DNA of 64,000 bases from the human T2T-CHM13v2.0 reference genome, Homo sapiens. The stretch lies in assembly GCF_009914755.1 (NCBI RefSeq), contig NC_060935.1; one strand, written 5' to 3'. This document shows, piece after piece, positions 52,303 to 64,000 of the stretch; positions within the stretch are counted from its first letter, which is position 1; each line of letters opens with the position of its first letter. A model generated the notes under the pieces. That model saw only the letters and a list, made by a program, of their open reading frames with translations. It searched no databases and was not told the origin of the DNA. The position numbers and the translations under genes are program-made.

Positions 52303-54549
52303 GCATCTTCATTGTGGGTATAGAGCCTCTTGAATCTGTGGGATGATAGTTTTCTTTAGTTTTGAAAAACTCTTAGCCAGTATTGCTTCAAATACTGCTT
52401 CTTCCAAATTATCTTTCCTCTCTTTATGACACAACAAATTCTTCTATGCTAGATCTTTTTGAAACTTCCCAATATATTTTTTCATGGGGTCATTACTTTT
52501 CATTTCCATTTCTCTTTCTCTCTGTGCTCCATTCCACATATTCTACAGATCTATCTTCTAATTTACGAATCCTTTATTGCTTCTAATTAATGGTTAATAT
52601 TCTGTTAAATCCATCTATTGGGTTCTTAATTTCAGTTATTACTATTTTTGAGCTTCATAATTTCTATTTAATAATTTTGTATAGGTTCCAGGTCAAAGTT
52701 TTACCTTTTCATTTATATTGTTAAAAATGTGTCATATCTGTTTTAAAAAATCCATGCTAGATAACTTCAAATAACTAAATTATCGATTAGTATGTCTCTA
52801 TTTCCTTTCTTCTCTTGATTTTTAGTCATTTAGTCGTGTTTCCTGGAACGCAATTTAATTTCTATTGACACTGGACATGTTTTATAAATAAAATATGCTA
52901 GCATTTGCTTCCTCCAGTGATTTTTTTTTCTTTCTTGAAAGTAAAGTATGAGTAAATCAATTTTATCCAATCACAATTTGAAACTATTTGAAGATGTGTT
53001 TCAGGAATTGCAAGGGTCAGTTTATTTATGGCTTGTCTTAATCCTTAAGCACAGCTCTTCAGGTGTCTCAGCTGAAAGCTTAGGATTTCCTTGCTAAGTC
53101 TGAACTCCAATTCTTGTGTTTCCAAGGCCGTAAAACTGCTGAAACTCTGCTTAGTAGTTTAGAGTCTTAGCAGTCATTTTCTCCTTGTTTTCTTAGATTT
53201 GGGCCTTTTTCTGGGAATATGTGTGTCTTAAAACTCAATAAATGGTTTTAGGGGGAAGTCAGGCTCACTTCTCTAAGGCTTCTTTTACTTCTGACATTTT
53301 GGCTCCTTAATCCTAGTTACCTTGATAGCCTAGGACCCTAATGTTTGTCTTCTGGAATAATGCAACTGCCATTAGTCTCAAGCTGCCACTTGCTTCTCAG
53401 TGACTATGCTCCAAACCCTGAATTGGAAAATGCCCCAAGGGGAAAGAGCAAAATTGATTATGGGGCCTCAATGTGTTTCTCTTCTTTCTGAAGTCTTATA
53501 TGCTCAGGTCCAGACTACTTTGGTTATTCTCTCCTGCCTTCAAGTGGCTGGATTTATTTTCTGCATTTATTCTGTTTTTATAGTTCCTCTTTGTGGCAGA
53601 GTTAGTCAAATACAGGGTATTTTGTCATAGCTGGAAGCAGAAGTCTGTACATTTATTTTTGTCAAAAAATATACTTGAGCCTATACTATGAATGCATCTG
53701 TAATTATTTACTACCTTCAACAAAGATGGATAATATCTTTTGTCATCCTTATTTTAGCTGCTACCACCAGCTTTAATTGGTATAATATGATAATTTTACC
53801 CAGTTAATTATTGTTAATTTTATAAATTAAGAATCTTCTCTTTCAAGAATTATTTATGACACTTTCATTCTGTTTTGTAACCATATTTACCACAGTTATT
53901 TAGAATAAATTATGTGCTTAAATGCTTTCAGTTGCTCATTACCAGTTCTTCCACACCATGACTTTATTATTTATGAGTTTTAAATTTTGATTTATTTTTT
54001 TTCAGCTGGCTGAAGTAGACGTTGGAGTAATTTTTCAGGAAGAATGCAGGAGTCAAACACTTCATGAGTCCTTGCATAACTGAGATTATTGGTCTGTTGA
54101 CTTCATATATGAACCACAATGTTTAAGTATTCAATCATTTACCAAAAAAAAATTACCTCAAGCAAAGTAGTGTGCTGGATGCTAAAAATACAGCAGTAGC
54201 AAAATGTGCACCATTGATGTTTTTATGGATTTTACATTTTAGTGGGAAAAACAGATATTAACAGCTGAGTCTACAATTAATTACTAGTGATCATTACAAC
54301 AAAGGAGAATCACAGAGTTTGAGCTCTAATCACTGAAGAGAAATGAGTAGAGATGTGGTGTGACCAGTCCTGTCTTTTTATTAAAATCACACTAATTCTG
54401 CTGTAGAGAATAACTCAGAAAGGTGAAAGAAGACGAAGATGGACCAGCAGGAAGGCTATTTGTTATGGCAAAGGCTCCAGCAAGAGATGATACTAGCTTG
54501 AACTAGACAAGTAGCCGTGGAAATTGTAAGAGGTGGATATATTTAAGGC

Positions 54550-55265
54550 CATGTTAAAAACATCTTTCACTCTTCTATGTCTCACCCATTCAACATTAAA
54601 TCCATTAGCAATTCTGTACATTTGAAATATATCATTTCTCACCACTCCCTTCCCTTTCACCCTAGTCCAAGTCACCATTATCTTTTGCCTGGACTACTGC
54701 AGAAGCCTCCTAACTACTGTTCCTGTGTTTACTTTTGCTCCCCTTCACAGAGTGATCCTGCTAAAACATAAATCAGATTATGACACTTGTCTCAAAACTC
54801 AAAACAGTTTCCCATCTCAGACTGAGTGAAAGCTGAAGTTCTAACAATGGTCCACAGGCCAAATATGATCTGGCCTTGTGTTTTCTGGCATCATCCCTTA
54901 TTACTCTGCTTTGCTTTTATAGTCTAGCCATACTGACCATGTGTCATTCCCTGACCATGCCCGGGGCCTTTGCACTTGCTGTTCTCTTTGCCAAGAACAC
55001 TCTCCCTAAATCTTTGCATGACTTGATCTCTCTTATTATTCTAGGCTCTATTCAAATGTGTCAGTTTAAGAGACATCCTCCCTGACCATCCTATTCAAGA
55101 ACTCATGCTCCACTGTCTATCTCTAATTCTCTTACTCTGTTTTATCTTTTATCATAACACTGACATATTGAATAGCTTTGTATTTATTTGTATTGTCTGT
55201 ATTTCCTCAATTGGAATGTGAGCTTCTTGGCAGCAGATGTATTGCTATGTTGTTTCTATATTGTT
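54550..55265 (+). mobile_element. L2 (sense) lying within the antisense L2
   Basis: cctagtccaagtcaccattatc..gcctggactactgc...gggcctttgcacttgctgttctc...gaatgtgagcttc. Confidence 0.85.
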
Positions 55266-55519
55266 ATGTAATCAAAAATATCCATCATGTGATTGATGTG
55301 GTTGGATGTGGCCATGAGGAAAGAGCAAGTACTGGGAACCACTCCTAGGTTCTGTCATGGACAGTAGGGTAGCCTGTATTGCCATTTGCTGAGAGAAGGA
55401 AGTTAGAGGAAAAGGGCTTTGAGAGAGATAATGAGTTCAGGATCAGACAGGTTGAGCTTAAGATAGCCATGAGACATCAACTGGAGATGTCTAGTAGCCT
55501 ATTTGGTAGTTGTCATCCC

Positions 55520-55625
55520 TAGGGTAACCAATTCATTTCCGTTTTCTTGGGACTTTCCCGATTTTAAACAGTGAAAGTTTCTTGTCCTGGGGAAACCCCT
55601 CAGTTCCTGAAGCAACTGAAGTCAT
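55520..55625. mobile_element. MER81 (hAT-Blackjack) MITE
   Basis: tagggtaaccaa...gggactttcccgatttta..gtgaaagt...ggaaacccctcagttcc. Confidence 0.75.
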
Positions 55626-56578
55626 GAACATGGGGGATAATTCACACAATGAGAAAAGCAGTCAGTTTGGCCAGGTCTGAGCCCTGAGGAGCTCCAGTAA
55701 TAAAGGCAGAGCAAGACCACTTCATCTCCTGCTGGGCTGTGGACTCCCTGAGGGCAGGCAAGCATAATCCATGAGAGCTGCCCAATCACACTTGTTAGGA
55801 ATGAAAGGAAAAAAAAAATATTTAAAGGTTGAATAAACAAGGCACAAAGGACATAGTGAGAAAGCTATCAAGTCAAGGAGTAAAGGAGAATTTCAAATTA
55901 AAATTTTAAACATCATCTCACTCCTGTCCTTTGCTCAAAACTCTTCAGAGATGTCCTCTTTCTTTCTCTCACATTCAAAGTCCTTACTTGCAAGGCTCTG
56001 CATGCTCTACTCACACCCTACCCCCACCACACCTCACGTCTACTTACCTTTCCCTGGCTCTCTGCTCCAGCCATCTCTGCCTCCTTACACTTGCTGGTGG
56101 CCTTTGCGGACACAGGGTCTTTGTACTCTGCCTGTTGTGTTCTTTCCCAGATGCTACCCACAATGCTGGCAGAAGAGGAGACTGGAATCAAGAGGGGTTG
56201 TTTCCATTTTTACCTTCTCTCCTCCCTCTCCTCTGCCCTACCTTTTCTTTTCTTTCTTTTTTTTTTTTCTTGGTATTATAAGCTTCTCTAATTTTAGCCA
56301 TGCTGGTGGATATGTAGTGGTATCTCATTATGGCCTTAATTTGCACCTCTGTAACAAGTAACAATGTTAAGTACTTTTTTGGTTGTTTGGAGACTCTTTT
56401 GTGAAGTGCCTTTTTAAGGCTTTTGTCTGTTTTTCTATTGGATTGTCTCTTTTTCGTATTATTTTGTGCAAATTCTTTTTTCTGGATACTGATATTTTGT
56501 AAGCTGTATATTGTAAATATTGTTTCCTACTCTATGGTTTGCTCTTTCCCTTTTTAATGTTGCCTTTGATAAATTCTT

Positions 56579-58059
56579 TTTTTAAAAAAAGTAAAATTTT
56601 TGATTAATAAATCATAATTATATATGTTTATGGGGTACAATGCTATATTTTGATATATCAATACAATGTGGAATCATTAAATAAAGTTAATTGACATATT
56701 TCATTACCTCACTTTCCTATCATTTTTTAATGGTGAGACACTTGAAATTTACGCTCTTAGTTATTTCGAAATATATTTTATTGACAATAGTCACCATGCT
56801 ATGCAATAAATCTAGAAATTATTCCTCTTTTCTATCTGAAACTTTGTACCTTTTAATCAATAACTCACCACCCTCTCCATTTCCACTCCAGACTCTGGTA
56901 ACCAGCATTCTACTCTCTACTTCTATGAGTTGAACTTTATTATTCTACATATAAGTGAAATCCCATGGTATTTGTCTTTCTGTGCCTGGTTTATTTCACC
57001 TACCATAACGTCTTCTAGATTTATCTGTATTGTCCCAAATGACAAGACTTCCGCCTTTTCAAAGGCTGAATAGTATTTCATTGTGTATATAGAATATATT
57101 TTCTTTAGCCATTCATTCTTTGACGGACACTTAGGTTGATTCCATAACTTGGCCATTGTGAATGATGCTTTAGTGAACATGGGAGTGCAAACATCGCTTT
57201 GACATATCAATGTCAGTTCCTTTGGAAATATAGCAAGTAGTGTGATTACTAGATTAGTGGTAATTCCATTTTTAGCTTTTTGAGGAACCTCCAAACCATT
57301 TTCCATACTGGCTGTCCTAATTTACAGTCTCATCAAAAATGTATAAGAGTTCCCTCTTCTTACATCCTCTCCAACACTTGTTATCTTTCATCCTTTTGAT
57401 AAAAACCATTCTAACAGGTGTGAAATGATATCTCATTATGGTTTTAATTTATATTTCCCTAATGACTATCGATGCTGAGCATTTTTCCAGATACCACCAG
57501 ATGCTTTTCCCCAGCATTTCTTTTATGAGAAATATCTGTTCAGGTCCTTTGCCCATTTAAAAAATATTCAGTTATTGGTTTTCTTGATATTGAGGAGTTG
57601 TTTGAGGTTCTTATATATTTTGGATATTAATTCCTTATCAGATACATGGTTTGCAAATATTTTCTCCCATTCTGTGGGTTGTCTCTTCACTTTATTAATA
57701 ATTTTCTTTGCTGTACAGAACGCTTTTAGTTTGATGCTATTCCATTTCTCTATTTTTGCTTTTGTTGCCTGTTCTTTTGGGATCATATCCAAAATTTGTT
57801 GCTCAGACCAATGCTATGAACTTTTCCCTGTATTTTCTTCTAGTAGTTTTGCAGTTTCACATTTTCAAGGTTTTAATCAATTTTGAGTTGATTTCTGTAT
57901 GTGGTGTAAAATAAGGATCTAATATCCTTCTGAATATAGATATCCAGTTTTCCCAACATCATTTATTAAAAATACTGTACTTTCCTAATAGTATATTTAT
58001 GACACCTTCCTCAAAAATCAATTAACTGCAAACAAGTGGGCTTATTTCTGGGTTTTCTA
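56579..58059 (-). mobile_element. L1MA (about MA5-9) 3' 1.5 kb, inserted in an older antisense L1 (about 56260-58420)
   Basis: ORFs 57568-57792 (KVKRQPTEWEKIFANH) and 56923-57306 (CTPMF..WNQPKCPS) are ORF2p relics; TSD gataaattctt (56568-56578) / gataaatcctt (58060-58070). Confidence 0.92.
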
Positions 58060-58589
58060 GATAAATCCTTAATTTTAAAAGGGCTCCAGTGTACCAGTCT
58101 TTATGGTTTGTGCTTTACGTGTTCTACATTTTTTTTTTTTTTGCCTACACCAATGTCATGAAGATATTCTACTGTATTTTCTTCCAGAAACTTTACTGTT
58201 TAATATTTACATCTATACCATCTGGGACTCCATCTTTTCCATACTGTACTACCATGTCATCTTTCCTATAAATCAAGTGTGGGTCTCTAAATGTGTATAT
58301 GTGTGAATCTGCTTTTAGATATTTTGTCCTATTTCGTTGGTCTATTTTTCTATATATGGGCTAATGCCACACTTCCTTAACTACTGTGGCTTTATAAGTA
58401 TTGATAACTGGTAGTGTGCTTCCTATTTGCTTTCTATTGCAAATAGGAAATATTTGCAAACCATACAAAAATCATTCTTGAGTAAAGATGCCAAGAGTAT
58501 GCATGGAAACTGCCCATTCACCTGCATCTGAAATCATATGTTGGCTAATTGAATGTGGCACAGGCCACGAAAGAATCTGCACAACTTGT

Positions 58590-59125
58590 TGTGATCCTAT
58601 TGCACCTGGTGTGAAATCCAAACTCCTTACCAGTGCCTATGGGCCCATATTCTTCTTCCTATCCATAGCTCCAATTTCATGTTCTTCACTCTCTAACTCA
58701 CCACATTGCAGTAGCCTTTCCTATTCTTTTAAAGATGGACATTTCAGTTTTAACATAATCACACTTACTGTTCTTTCTGTCTGGATCTCTCTTCCTCAGA
58801 TTGTCCCAAGTTTAAGTCCTTCATACAATTCAGATGTCAGCTCAAATGCCCCTTTCTCAGAGAGCCTCCTATGATCACCTTCCCTAAATAAACTTTTCCT
58901 CCCCCACCTTCACTTGCTCATAATCTACCTCATTGTCCTGTGCAATTATAAGACTTATTGATATCTGTTTGTACATTTGTTTGTTTAGCATATCATAGGT
59001 CTTCCTCCCACAAAAGTGTAACTTCCATTGGTTTTGGAAGTCATCATTTTTTTTGCGTTATTGCTAGAGGCTTAGCGCCTAGAACAGTGTTTGGCACTTA
59101 GAAAGTACTCAGTAAATATCCAAGA
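58590..59125 (+). mobile_element. L2 3' region
   Basis: aaatccaaactccttacc...cagctcaaatgcccctttctcagagagcc...agcgcctagaacagtg..ggcacttagaaagtactcagtaaatat. Confidence 0.82.
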
Positions 59126-60229
59126 AAGGAACTCGCTTTGCCTAACTTATTGGCCCCAGTGTCGTCTGGAGACCAAGTTTTTTGTTTTGCTTTGTTTTTC
59201 TCTCTTCTTAGTGAAGTTTTCAAGACATCTAAGGACACCAATCACGTCTTCCTGGAATTTTTCCTTCTTAAAATTAAATTTCCTTAGTTGCTTCCACTTA
59301 TTACATATGGATGCATCTTATCTCTGGCTTAGCTGTTTGGTTTATCACATCGTTAGCCCGTGAACACTTTGGGTCATACCTTGTGCCTTCTATCTCACTA
59401 TGCATGTATTTCTAACATATACATGTAAATACATCTTGCCTTTCCCAATGCTGGCCATGCCAGGGGACCCAGAAAACATTTGCTGAATAAAAGGCTGAAT
59501 GAAAAGTGCTATGGGTAGAGAATCCCTGGGTGCTTGGGCCTTGGGGGGTGAAGAAATCAAGCACAGCTTCTCTGCTAGATTTATTACACTCCCTCTCACT
59601 GCATCCCATCGCCCACACTCCCAAGGCCTTTGTAAATCATTTGGTGTTATTCCTTCACGTACACATTTTTTATGACTGTCCTTTTAGGGCCACATAAATC
59701 AGATGTCAAATCAGGTTATTAGCAGGAGCTATTTTTTTCTCTCCTGTCAACAACCTGGTATTTTAATGCACTTTGGACTTCTCTATTTCTATTTGTAACC
59801 CTTCTCTGGGATGTTGGATGCTGGCAGAAAGGTTTGCTTCAAAGAGAAAATAAATGTTAGGCCACAGATTAAAAAATGCATAGTCTTGTAATGATGAGGG
59901 GGAAAATGAACCTTCCACCTTTGTCACTGAAAGATGACTATTAAGGTGATCTCAGAGTTAACCTTGAGAATCAGGAGATTTTCCTTCCAAACTGAGGAAA
60001 AACTAAGGATTCTTCCCTAGCCCTTAGCATGAGAGAAGCATCAACTTTAGAATAGAGATTAAAGTCATTCCTTTATTCAAACATATTTGAGTGGACTCAG
60101 GAAGAAATGTAGAGATGGAGGAAGTTACTTGTTTAAGTTAACAGCAGAGTTAACAGCAGAGATGAGTTATAAACCTAGGCCTCTTGGCAACAGAGATTTA
60201 AAAAATTTTATGTCAAAAAATTCTGTAAA

Positions 60230-61320
60230 ATATAAATTTTTAAAAAATTCTCCATATTTCTGCCATCAACAATCAAGAGTGTAACATTTTGACATACTTT
60301 TTATTTCCTTTACATGTAGATCCCTTTTAATTCTGAGCCCCTCACCCTCTCCACAGATGTAATACTATTGTGATTTTGTTTTATTTTTAGCCTTTTAAAA
60401 CATACACTTTTACATTTTTATGTGCATCCGCAGAACTCTATAGTATTATTTGGTATGTGTTTTTAAGGTTTAAAGTGTGATCAGGTTTATAGCAATTTGC
60501 AGTTTGCTTTTTTAACTCAACAGTGTTTTTTTTTTTTTTTTTGTATTTTTTGTTTTTAGATCTCTCTGCACTGATATGTATTGACCTAAATGTTTCTTTT
60601 GATTGCTGTATGGTTACCATGTACCCACATTTATTTCTTCATTTTTTTTTGATTCACATTTGAATTGTTTCTAATGTTTCCAATTACCAACAAATAGTTT
60701 TATGAAAATACAGGTGAAGGTCTCAGTGCTTATTACTTCAATTATGTGGCATTCTGGAAAAGGAAAAACTATAGCATTGGTCAAAAGTTCCATTTGCCAG
60801 GGGGAGGTGTAAAGGGGTAGGCCTAAATAGATAACTGGGGAAGAAGTTGCTGGGTCAAAGAGTATGCACACTTTTTTGTTTTAATAGAAAGAGTCAAAAC
60901 TTCTCCAGAGTGACTATACACATTTACATTCCTATTAGAAATGAACAGCAACTACTCTTTTAAAAAAGCCTTTGCAAACAATATTATCAGAGTATTTTGA
61001 AGTTCTTCAATTTGGCAAGTAAAAAATCTCATTTGTATTTTAATTTCACTGAGCTTGAGTATCTGAAGTTTTTGATAATCTTTAAATTATTTTATTTATA
61101 TCATTTGTCTTATTCATATCATTTGTGTCATGTTTTTATCTTTTTATTATTGCTTTGTAGGAATTCTGGATCTTGAAACTTGGCCGGGTATTAGGCATTA
61201 GAAATAACTCCTCCCATTCTATGACTTATTTTTTCCCTTTGTTTGTAGGACATTTTATTACATGTATATTTTCCATTTTTAGTGTAGTCAAATGTATCAT
61301 TTTTTTCTTTATTATTTAGC
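60230..61320 (-). mobile_element. Degraded L1ME-like 3' region
   Basis: catttgaattgtttcta..gttgctgggtcaaagagtatgcac...catttacattcc. Confidence 0.65.
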
Positions 61321-61374
61321 ACTGTACTCTCCACTCATCTGTGCTCATTGGCCTAGGATCTAGAAAAAGCAGTG

Positions 61375-64000
<2,626 letters not shown>

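Larger units (their letters stand above)
54125..55890 (-). mobile_element. Fragmented antisense L2 (about 54125-54500, 55290-55510, 55830-55890)
   Basis: tgtgctggatgctaaaaatacagcagt; gagagataatgagttcagg..acaggttgagcttaagat..gagacatcaactggagatgtctagtag. Confidence 0.6.

Overview
Primate, most likely human, non-coding genomic DNA. It is AT-rich and CpG-depleted, with no CpG island. I found no recognisable protein-coding exon, RNA gene or CRISPR array. The supplied ORFs come from Alu, L1, LTR or microsatellite sequence, or are short chance frames. Roughly half or more of the window is interspersed repeat: Alus, a FAM monomer, L1s of many ages, L2, MIR, L3 fragments, MaLR and ERVL solo LTRs, and hAT/Tigger DNA-transposon fossils. 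Several of these are nested. 1-45 kb is MIR/L2-rich with repeat-free islands (about 8, 12.4, 37.6 and 43.8 kb) that are dense in homeodomain, SOX, AP-1 and E-box motifs and look like enhancers. 45-64 kb is almost continuous old L1/L2. The most unusual signal is three short dispersed direct duplications (18-52 bp) with offsets of 1.2-1.4 kb; one replaces the terminus of a THE1 LTR while keeping its TSD. I cannot support a new multi-gene biological system here. Repeat subfamily names are from recalled consensus sequences, not a database run.
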